Shown: piece after piece, positions 54,286-64,000 of the stretch
How positions within the stretch are numbered: the stretch's first letter is position 1
Layout: each line of letters starts with the position of its first letter
Source of the DNA: Octopus sinensis
Lineage: Eukaryota
Assembly (NCBI RefSeq): GCF_006345805.1
Contig: NC_043013.1
Location: 21,328,001-21,392,000, forward strand
Reading direction: 5' to 3'
Length of the DNA stretch: 64,000 nucleotides
Notes under the pieces: generated by a model
What the model saw: only the letters and a program-made list of their open reading frames with translations
Databases searched by the model: none
What the model was told of the DNA's origin: nothing
Position numbers and translations under genes: made by a program

Positions 54286-54697
54286 GGCGCAGGAGTGGAT
54301 GTGTGGTAAGTAGCTTGCTAACCAACCACATGGTTCCGGGTTCAGTCCCACTGCGTGACATCTTGGGCAAGTGTCTTCTGCTATAGCGTCGGGCCGACCA
54401 AAGCCTTGTGAGTGGATTTGGTAGACGGAAACTGAAAGATGCCTGTCGTATATATGTATATATATGTATGTGTGTGTATATGTTTGTGTGTCTGTGTTTG
54501 TCCCTCTAGCATTGCTTGACAAACATGCTGGTGTGTTTACGTCCCCGTTACTTAGCGGTTCGGCAAAAGAGACCTATAGAATAAGTACTGGGCTTACAAA
54601 TAATAAGTCCCAGGGTCGATTTGCTCGACTAAAGGCGGTGCTCCAGCATGGCCGCAGTCAAATGATTGAAACAAGTAAAAGAGTAAAAGAGAGAGAG
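54286..54697 (+). mobile_element. SINE B, full length
   Basis: Complete consensus. Confidence 0.93.
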
Positions 54698-54753
54698 TAT
54701 ATAAATATATGCATATATATAAATTCATGTGTGTGTGTGTGTGTGTGTGTGCG

Positions 54754-55124
54754 TGGAGGCGCAATGGCTCAGTGGTTAGGGCAGCGGCCTCGCGGTCGTA
54801 GGATCGCGGTTTCGATTCCCAGACCGGGCGTTGTGAAGGTTTATTGAGCAAAAAGCTCCACGAGGCTCCGGAAGTGGGTGGTGGCGAATCCTGCTGTACT
54901 CTTTCACCACAAATTTTCTCACTTGTTCTTCCTGTTTCTGTTGTACCTGTATTTCAAAGGGCCAGCCTTGACACACTTTCTGTGACGCTGAATCTCCCCT
55001 GAGAACTACGTTAAGGGTACACGTGTCTGTGGGGTGCTCAGCCACTTGCACGTTAATTTCACCAGCAGGCTGTTCCGTTGAACGGATCAACTGGAACCCT
55101 CGTCGTCGTAACCGAGGGAGCGCC
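54754..55124 (+). mobile_element. SINE A1, full length
   Basis: Matches 5129-5513 end to end. Confidence 0.92.
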
Positions 55125-55317
55125 ACAAATATATATTTATGTAAATGCATATATATATAAAGATATAAAGATGCATCCATATCTATATAGAGACGTCTAT
55201 GTGTGTGTATATATACACGCACACACACATATACAAACATAGAAATATACATGCATAGAAAAACGAGTATGTATGTAAGTATGTATGTAAGTATGTATGT
55301 ATTTATGTATTTATGTA

Positions 55318-55520
55318 AAGTTAATCCAAGCATGAAGACACAAAGAGAAAACACAATAATGACGTGGAACAAGTATAGTGTTATTGGACGCTCAGGAAAG
55401 AAGGGAAGAAGAAGGGTTTAACGTTTCGAGTGGAGCTCTTCATCAGAAACATAGGAAAAGGAAAGATCCGAGGAAGGGAAGACGGAGGAAAAAAATCGCA
55501 ACGGTACACACGCGGTCACA
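55318..55520 (-). mobile_element. ~200-bp short element carrying a hammerhead ribozyme
   Basis: Second partial copy at 24323-24380; embedded between (ATGT)n tracts. Confidence 0.6.
55416..55450 (-). ncRNA. Minimal type I hammerhead ribozyme
   Basis: GUUU-CUGAUGA-A-GAG(cucca)CUC-GAAA-CG-UU-AAAC. Confidence 0.78.
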
Positions 55521-55524
55521 TTTA

Positions 55525-55773
55525 TGCATGTATGTATGTATGTATGTATGTATGTATGTATGTATGTATGTATATATTTATGTAGGTATGTATGTATGCA
55601 TGTATGTATGTATTTATGTATATATGTATGTATTTATGTATGTATTTATGTATGTATGTATGCATGTATGTATGTATGTATGTATGTATGTATGTAGGTA
55701 TGTATGTATGTATGTATGTAGAAGATTATATATATATAGACGTATTCATACTGATACATATATATATATATAG

Positions 55774-55856
<83 letters not shown>

Positions 55857-55860
55857 TAGA
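55525..55860. repeat. (ATGT)n/(TA)n/(GA)n compound microsatellite
   Basis: Direct reading. Confidence 0.95.
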
Positions 55861-56357
55861 CAATGACTTCCATGCACAGAAATATTCTTATTGTGATGAA
55901 GCATTGACATCATGAATGCTGTCAGCCGCTCCATAAATGCCGTTCTAATGATAAAGAAATCAGGAAAGACTAAAATATTTCTGAATAGATGTCGGTAAAG
56001 AAGTTAGAAGCTCTTCTGTTCTGATTAACATTTCGTTATTGATATAACAGAAGTGGATTTAGAAAACTTTCAGATAAAGGAGAAATAACGAAGGTATATG
56101 TTACTGCTGACAAGGTGTCAGACACAGACAAAAGGTGTGTCTTTTTAAAAAGATACTTTACAGCGGAATTGTCATTAAAAGTAATATTTTAAAAGTTTAA
56201 AATGAGTAAAATTATTTTTTACTTATTTCTTATTTGTACTATTTTTCTTTGGAAATTTTTGTTGTATTATTTTGTTGTTTTTGTTGTTGTTGTTTTATTA
56301 TTGGGGCTCACTTGAATCAAATAATGATTCACAATTTTAATAATTTGTATTGTAAGA

Positions 56358-56394
<37 letters not shown>

Positions 56395-56415
56395 GTTATT
56401 ATTATTATTATTATT

Positions 56416-56455
<40 letters not shown>

Positions 56456-56472
56456 TAATAATAATAGTAGTA

Positions 56473-56530
<58 letters not shown>

Positions 56531-56790
56531 TAATAATAATAATGATAATTTTATTATTACGTTATTGCTGTTGCTATTGTTCTTGTTATTGGTAATATCT
56601 TTATTGTTAATTATTTCTATTATTATTATTGATAATAATACAGATAATAATAATATTATTATTGTTGTTGTTGTTATTAATTTTATTATTGTTGTTATAT
56701 TGTTGCTGATGTTGTTATTGTTCTTGTTACTGTAGTCATTATCTTTAGTAGTAGTAGTAGTAGTATTAGTAGTAGTGGTAGTAGTAAAGA
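56358..56790. repeat. Trinucleotide block (TTA)n-(TAA)n-(TTG)/(TAG)
   Basis: Direct reading; strand switch at 56418/56419. Confidence 0.93.
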
Positions 56791-57254
56791 ATAGATAAGG
56801 ACACTCATATAAAGCGACTGGAAACGATAGCATGTCGACGTTGAAACAATTACATTGTGTAAGAGACCCTTTTGTCATTTGAAAAACACTCAACAACTGT
56901 TGGGTTCGGTTTTTTTGGGTTTTTTTCCGAATAATGCGGTCTCACATGAAATGTTGACGACGCGTTTCGTCGCACTTCTGGAGCCTGGGCAAGATCGTAA
57001 TTCCACCATATCTGCTGCAGATCAGGTACTGGCAGGATTTTATAAGCCTCGACGGATTATTTTCGTTTGTGTTCTTGAATTTTCTCCCTCACAGAATGAT
57101 TCAGATGATGATAATGATGATGATTAAGTTAAAGCAGCGAAGATTTTTATACTTTCGTAACTTCTGAAATTATGTCACTCCATATTACGACCAACATACG
57201 TAATATATAAACTTCCGTTATTTTACAACATGGCGGTAAAACATACCCTCTATG

Positions 57255-57790
57255 GGCTGGCTGGCCGGCTGGCTGGCCGGCTGGATGGATGGATGGATGG
57301 ATGGATGGATGATGGATGGATGGATGGATGGATGGATAGGTAGGTATGTAGGTAGGTAGGTTGGTAGATAGGTAGGTAGATAGGTAGGTTGGTAGGTAGG
57401 TAGGTAGGTAGGTTGGTAGGTTGGTAGGTTGGTAGGTTGGTTGGTAGGTAGGTAGGTAGGTAGGTAGGTAGGTAGGTAGGTAGGTAGGTAGGTAGGTAGG
57501 TAGGTAGGTAGGTAGGTAGGTTGGTAGGTAGGTAGGTAGGTAGGTAGGTAGGTAGGTTGGTAGGCATGTAGGTAAGTTGGTAGGCTGGTAGGTTGGTTGG
57601 TAGGTAGGTAGGTAGTAGGTAGGTAGGTAGGTAGGTAAGTAGGTAGGTAGGCTGGTAAGTAGGTAGGTAGGTAGGGAGGTAGGTGGTAGGTAGGTAGGTA
57701 GGTAGGTAGGTAGGTAGGTAGGTAGGTAGGTAGGTAGGAAGTAGAAAGGTAGGTAGTTAGAGAGAGAAAGAGAGAAAGAAAGAGAAAGAA
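57255..57790. repeat. (GGCT)(GGAT)(AGGT)n tetranucleotide array
   Basis: Direct reading. Confidence 0.97.
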
Positions 57791-58008
57791 ATTGATTAAA
57801 TAGTAGGAGGCCGAAACTTCGAAGTCTCTGTCAACACTCTCCTTGTGAAAGTAAAATAAATATGTACTCTATAAATGTATTGAACAACCCTTTAATTTAA
57901 TGTAAAATTGTTTTTATTATAAATCGATATAAAAACAACCACTTACATTTGCGCGCACTCACACACACACACACACACACATACACACACACATACACAC
58001 ATACACAC

Positions 58009-58040
<32 letters not shown>

Positions 58041-58229
58041 ACCACACATGGTTAAACAGACTCACAGAGAGATTATCGTACTATACATCAATATACTACG
58101 ATATGATATACTGGGAGTGTAGTTGTATGATCAAAAATAAGGAACCAATCCTTGAAAATTTCTAACATCTAAACTTAAGTCTTAGATTTTTTAAAACAAC
58201 GTTCAACCATAATCAACATACGGCATGCT

Positions 58230-58727
58230 TTGGTGTTTGGTTGGTACTAAGTATAGTGTTAGGTAGCTGTTTTGTATGCTTTTTGTTGGATGTCTAGTAC
58301 TATGTTCGTTTCACGTTTACCATGTCGTTTGCTTGCTGTTTACTAGGCAGTTTGTTTGGTGTTTATTATCGTGTTTGGTTGATGTTTAGTATGATATTTG
58401 GTTGGTGTTTAGTATGGTGTTTTGGTTGGTGTTTAGCATGAAATTTCGTTCGTTTAGTATGCTGTTTGCGTGATGTTTACTGCAGTTTGGTTGGTGTTCA
58501 GGATGTTGTTAGGTCGATGTTTAGTAAGGTATCTGGCTAACATTTACTATGGCGTTAAGTTTAGGTTCAGTCTGGCGTGTGGTTGTTGGTGGTTTCATCT
58601 GTGTTTAGTATGGTCTTCTGTTAGTGTTTTGTATGATGCTTGGTTGGCGTTTAGTTGACCTTTAGTAGGGTGCTTGGCTGGTATTTAGTATGGTGTTTAG
58701 AATGGCATTTGATTTGTGTTTAGTATC
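58230..58727 (+). repeat. Degenerate ~23-bp minisatellite (TGTTTAGTATGGTGTTTGGTTGG), resuming at 59129-~59185
   Basis: Recurring TGTTTAGTAT and TTTGGTTGG at ~23-bp spacing. Confidence 0.75.
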
Positions 58728-59128
58728 TATTTCTTTACTACCCACAAGGGGCTAAACACAGAGGGAACAAACAAGGACAGACAAAGGTATTAAGTCGATT
58801 ACATCGACCCCAGTGCGTAACTGGTACTTATTTCATCGACCCCGAAAGGATGAAAGGCAAAGTCGACCTCGGCAGAATCTGAACTCAGAACGTAACGGCA
58901 GACGAAATACCTATTTCTTTACTACCCAACAAGGGACTAAACACAGAGGGAACAAACAAGGACAGACAAACGGATTAAGTCGATTACATCGACCCCAGTG
59001 CGTAACTGGTACTTAATTTATCGACCCCGAAAGGATGAAAGGCAAAGTCGACCTCGGCGGAATCTGAACTCAGAACGTAACGGCAGACGAAATACGGCTA
59101 CGCATTTCGCCCGGCGTGCTAACGTTTC
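58728..59128 (-). mobile_element. Head-to-tail SINE C1 dimer, both units 5'-truncated, one shared TSD
   Basis: 11-bp TSD TGTTTAGTATC at 58717-58727 and 59129-59139; unit junction near 58911. Confidence 0.9.
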
Positions 59129-59583
59129 TGTTTAGTATCGTGTCTATTTGGAGTTTACTATGGTATTATTTCGATGTCTACTGTGACTGCCGCTAGAGAT
59201 TTCATCTTCATATATATTCATAACCAATATTTATTACTGAACAAGAAACAGTCGTAAATTTCAGTTACACTCGCAACACACTGTTTGTTAGATATTTATA
59301 GCGAAATCACAAGTGTTCAGTACGTTAGTCACAGACAAGCAGCAAAGATCACAGAACCCAGAAACGTTTTTCTTGGGTAGGATCGGTATCATAGCTACTT
59401 GACCACACTCCTATATGTACGTGTGTGTGTATGTGTGTGTGTGTGTGTGTGAGAGTTCTTGGATGCAAGCTTGAGTGTATGTTTGAGTGCAACTTATGTG
59501 TGAGTCTCTATTAAAAGAGATACGTGATTGTATCACTGCTTCCGATTGAATAATGTGTGCATTCCTGGTCTTCTAATCTTGAT

Positions 59584-59711
<128 letters not shown>

Positions 59712-59850
59712 ACATATGCACGCTCACAGACGACCCGTGTTAGATTCCTCACTCATGTTATTATCGAACCGGGAGTCTAAAAGCGGTTCTTCCGTAGCAC
59801 TTACATAGCCTCACCTGCCTTTCCAGACTTCTGTATATCAAAAAACTCTC

Positions 59851-59912
<62 letters not shown>

Positions 59913-59964
59913 ATATATATATATATAATATACTGTTCCGTGATTGTAAGATCAACAAAAACGT

Positions 59965-60036
59965 CTGTATGTTTATTTCGTGTGTGTTTACATAGGTATG
60001 CTTATATGTATATATATATGTTTGCATATCTCTCTT

Positions 60037-60101
<65 letters not shown>

Positions 60102-60173
60102 GAGAGAGAGATGCAAACATATATATATACATATAAGCATACCTATGTAAAGACACACGAAATAAACATACAG
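59965..60173. repeat. ~210-bp palindrome centred on (TA)n
   Basis: CTGTATGTTTATTTCGTGTG..TTTACATAGGTATGCTTATATG...(CT)n(TA)n(GA)n...CATATAAGCATACCTATGTAAA..CACACGAAATAAACATACAG. Confidence 0.93.
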
Positions 60174-60319
60174 GGATCACCACCACCCACTGCCGGAGCA
60201 TCGTGGAGCTTTAGGTGTTTTTCGCTCAATAAACACTCACAACGCCCGGTCTGGGAATCGAAACCGCGATCCTACAACCGCGAGTCCACGCCCTAACCAC
60301 TGGTCCATTGCACCTCCAC
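60171..60319 (-). mobile_element. SINE family A, 5' half only (3' truncated)
   Basis: CAGGGATCACC...GGAATCGAAACCGCG...CCTAACCACTGGTCCATTGCACCTCC; no tail. Confidence 0.9.
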
Positions 60320-61431
60320 ACACACACATATATATATATAGCTCAACAGTATATATGTATGTATATATGAATCTATGTATGTACGTATTTATGTAAAGCT
60401 AACACGAACTTTACAATAAATTTGACGTTACTGTTTCTATTGAGTCCTCTCATCAGCAAATGTACGGCTGTTATTCTGCAACTTCCTTTAAAATTATAAG
60501 CCAAAATTAAATGTTAATGTGTGTGGGGGGTTGTGTGTGTGTGTGGATTCGTGTGTTTATTTTCTAATTATTCCATTTGTCAATATCTACTCACATATAT
60601 ATATATTTACTTGAATAACCGTGCGTAAGCATATTGACGTACGTTCATGTCTTTCATTGTGCGTGTAGATAACCACGACCTCTTTACATGTACGTTTGTA
60701 CAATTCTGTGTTTTGATTCGTTTTGTAAACGTAGTTATTAAAACTGAACACAGTATTGACACAAATGACACGAAGGAGGGGAAACATCTCTAAAATTACA
60801 CAAACGATGCTATAAAATGTTGATTTTTAAGAATGTGATCCTTTCTCTGGATACGACAAGATTCCTTTCTTATTTTTTTCCTTTTTTCTCATTCTACAAT
60901 TGCAGTAATTAGTTCTCGTGCGATCAATGCGTTCAATGGATTGAGGAAACGTGTATTTAAATGGAAGCGATTCCTCTACACAGCACGAGCCTTTGTCTGG
61001 TTGAGGTTTTGGCAGCACATCATTCAACTTTACAGCTTGCAGAGCGCTTTAAAACGGAACTTCATCGAAATTGGAATTAGCAACGATTCATCAATACCAA
61101 TGATTTCGCTGAACACTGATCGTAAAATTCTCATCACCATGTTTATAGGAAATAGTTGTTTAGATAGGCCGCTTAAATAATTGCACTTCGACCGTTTATT
61201 GATTTTGTCGTTGTTGTTGTTGTTATTTTGATTTGTTAGCATTTTTCTTTCACTTTTAAACACCTTCAATAGTCGTTTGTCTTGTGCTGCTTCACAATTA
61301 TATCCAGTACATGACTAGGAACAAAGAATCCATGCAATGATTTCCATTCGGAAATAAAGTGCATTGTGGGAAGCTGTTTATGCTTTTTTTTTTTTTTTAC
61401 AAATAACTGTCTTCAAATCCATACAATATAT

Positions 61432-61939
61432 CCTTTTATCTTATTATTTCACGTTAATAATACACAGATTAATATTAATTAATATCCAGGTGAGATCCAT
61501 TTCCCAGTGGATGCAGTGGGACCAATGTAGAATTGAGAGATATTTTGTTAGACTGCTTTACAGATTAGATTTCAATTGTTGTGGATCTAGCACAGGCGGT
61601 AACAGGTTCCAGCAAACAAACATGTCGTGTTCTTATTATATACATTCTCTTACAATATTATTTTCAAATTTTGGTACAAGTCCAGCAATTTTGGGGGATG
61701 GGGTAAGTCGATTTCATCGACCCCAGTGCTCAACTGGTACTTATTTTATTAACTTCTTTTGAAGTTTGTTACCGTCTGTGCTAGATCCACAACAATTAAA
61801 ATCTAAAATGTATAGCAGTCGAACAAAATATCTCTCAATTCCACATTGGTCCCACTGCATCCACTGGGAAATGGATCTCACATAGATATTAATTAATATT
61901 AATCTGTGTATTACTAATGTGAAATAATAAGATGAAAGG
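61432..61939. repeat. Inverted repeat, arms 61432-61604 and 61767-61939 (~173 bp, roughly 90% identical by eye)
   Basis: GATCCATTTCCCAGTGGATGCAGTGGGACCAATG versus CATTGGTCCCACTGCATCCACTGGGAAATGGATC, etc. Confidence 0.93.
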
Positions 61940-62042
61940 CGAAGTCGACCTCGGTGGAATTTGAACTCAGAACGTGAAGATGGATTAAATGCCGCTAAGC
62001 ATTTTGACCGGCGTGCTAACGATACTGCCAGCCCGCCGCCTT
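61652..62042 (-). mobile_element. SINE C2 split by the right arm of the inverted repeat
   Basis: 3' part 61652-61750 (tail and core), 5' part 61931-62042 (core start and head). Confidence 0.85.
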
Positions 62043-62478
62043 ACATTCTCTTAAAATATTAAAGCTAAACTGCAATGACAATGATTCAAAACAATCCCTA
62101 CGACTATTTAAATATAAGCCAGGTTTTAATCAGATAAATCAGATTTTTATGACGTGAGTAATCATGTGTTGCTTTGTCAACTGTTACGTAGTCACGTGCT
62201 TTAAACCGTAACCATAGACACAACACTACAATGTATTTATACCATCTGTAAATTAGGTTCAGTCGTATAAACTTATATAAGTTGACATTCATAATCTTTG
62301 GTAAGTACTTTATAAGCTCTTTTAAATGTATAATCTCTTAAATATAACTTTAGACTGTCAAAAATTTTGTAGAAAACGGGTTAAAAGATTTACGTATAAA
62401 TTATTGAGTTAGATAAAGTAATAAATGGTATTGTTCATGGTGAATAAAACATTATTTTGCATATACATACTTGCAAAT

Positions 62479-62521
<43 letters not shown>

Positions 62522-62534
62522 TGTGTGTGCACGC

Positions 62535-62680
62535 ACATGTGTGTACATATGTCATGGGTATGACTTTAAACGGACTTGGTATGGAAATTCCAGTCTTTTC
62601 AGGAGTATGGAACCATCTCATTGCCACTATTGTTCCTAGTTCCAGTCTAACCCGAAGTAGTAGCACCTGTAATATCCCCT
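62535..62680 (-). mobile_element. Dispersed repeat family E fragment
   Basis: Homologous to 37995-38112. Confidence 0.5.
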
Positions 62681-63130
62681 TCTATGGGTTAATTAGCATA
62701 AGAACCACTGGCAGCGAGGAACCTCTAGTTCTCGCTAGAACTTCCTCCCAGGAGAAAGTAAACTTGTATAAAATAAATAAAAAATTAAATAAACTCGAAT
62801 GCAGATGGTTTCTGGTCGTTTGACAATCTCTTGATCCACTGGCTGATTGCCCTGAAAACAAATTCATGCACTGGAATTTCTTAGCCTCTCAAGAGTTTTG
62901 TACGGACTTACTGAGTTTAGAAAGTTGTCTCATTCGGTCACGAGTTGACTGCCACCACACCGCATATTTATACATGCGATATATATATATATATTATTTT
63001 ATGTAGAAAAATACAAACTGGGACAAGAACGTAAAACATTAAGAAGACGATACAAAAAACACGGACGGGACATTCGAAGCCTTCAATCTTCAGTCAAGAA
63101 CCGGATCATCGTAGCAATTTCGGCTGATTA

Positions 63131-63165
<35 letters not shown>

Positions 63166-63182
63166 ATTGATATTGATATTAA

Positions 63183-63567
63183 TCTCTCTCTATATAAACG
63201 GCAGTTTGTCTGTCTGCGTGTCTGTGTGTCTGTTAGGTTGTACCCTCACCCTGACCACGGCTTTCAACTGATTCTGATGAAACTTGACACACACATAGCC
63301 CAATGTCATAATTCAAAACTAATGCAGCGAAAATTTTGAAAAGTTCCCCCAGTTCTGAGAAAAATCGATAAATTCGACATGGGGTCGAGAATCAGAAACA
63401 CAAACCACAGACTGTCTAGGGGACGCAACTCGACCTTTTTAACTCTCGAAAAAAATTTTACCATCATTTTTTTCCCATTTTTTTGCTATTTTTTGGCTAT
63501 AACTCACTAAAAATGCTTTATAGTTATTTCCCTTACAAACCCGAGCAACGCCGGGCGATACTGCTAG
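63183..63567 (+). mobile_element. Non-autonomous Helitron
   Basis: A|TC start; 3' end ATAGTTATTTCCCTTACAAACCCGAGCAACGCCGGGCGATACTGCTAG|T identical to the 24921-25342 copy. Confidence 0.85.
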
Positions 63568-63801
63568 TAACAATAATAAGTATGGGTACTATTATCAATA
63601 GCAATATATACTCCAGGCAGTTTTTACCGTTCAGGGAAGAGCGAACGTAATTACTCATCAGAAGAATTCACGGAGCGACTGATAATTAATTGTAGTCACA
63701 GATGTTAGATACTGATTGTTGTGGTTAACCATTAACTGGGACTTAATTGAGAGCTAATACGGTACGCGCATGGATAATATATCCTTCCAAACTCATATAT
63801 A

Positions 63802-64000
63802 TTAGGTTGTCCGGAAAGTTTGTGCCGATTTTTAAAGGAAAGAAAAAGGTCAATAAATACTGGCCATAACGTTTATGAAACATTTTGTTGTACAATACGT
63901 CTCCGTCTTTCCTTTAACTTGAAAATACCCTCTTCCCAGAACTGAGGTGGTTTCATGGCAAAGAATTCATCACGGTATCTTTTTAAGTCGTCCAAGGAAT
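63802..64000 (-). mobile_element. Mariner 3' end and TIR, runs off the window
   Basis: TA|TTAGGTTGTCCGGAAAGTT; peptide SLDDLKRYRDEFFAMKPPQFWEEGIFKLKER (cecropia-like C-terminus). Confidence 0.8.

Noticed and set aside
56950-56990. GAAACGCGTC hammerhead 3' half on -
   Set aside because: The upstream core reads CTCCAGA rather than CTGANGA; a simple local hairpin explains it.
57330-57740. Interstitial telomere
   Set aside because: The unit is TAGG, not TTAGGG or TTAGG; an ordinary tetranucleotide microsatellite.
63070-63100. CTGAAGA-TT-GAAGGCTTC-GAATGTC hammerhead-like motif on -
   Set aside because: GAAA core is broken (GAAT) and helix I does not pair.

Overview
AT-rich, microsatellite-dense animal genomic DNA. 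The SINE families, mariner and RLE-LINE content and microsatellite load suggest an octopus/cephalopod assembly; this is inference, not a database match. I recognise no host protein-coding gene, and almost all long ORFs in the supplied track are translations of (TA)n/(CA)n/(ATAC)n runs. The window is a transposon graveyard: more than 25 tRNA-derived SINE copies in four to five families (my labels A-E; A1, A2 and B resemble the octopus OR1, OR2 and OK SINEs as I remember them); several Tc1/mariner elements, including one nearly intact DD34D copy and a MITE built from two 5' ends; RLE-type non-LTR (R4/Dong/CRE-like), RTE-like, CR1/L2-like and Penelope-like fragments; and non-autonomous Helitrons. 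A 100-N gap lies at 39229-39328. Two observations stand out. (1) Two unrelated short elements each carry a complete minimal hammerhead ribozyme, with an identical catalytic core and different but fully paired helices. (2) Several fold-back inverted duplications occur; in two of them the duplicated arm runs directly, via microhomology, into the 5' half of a SINE with the same polarity, suggesting fold-back DNA synthesis coupled to template jumping onto SINE RNA.
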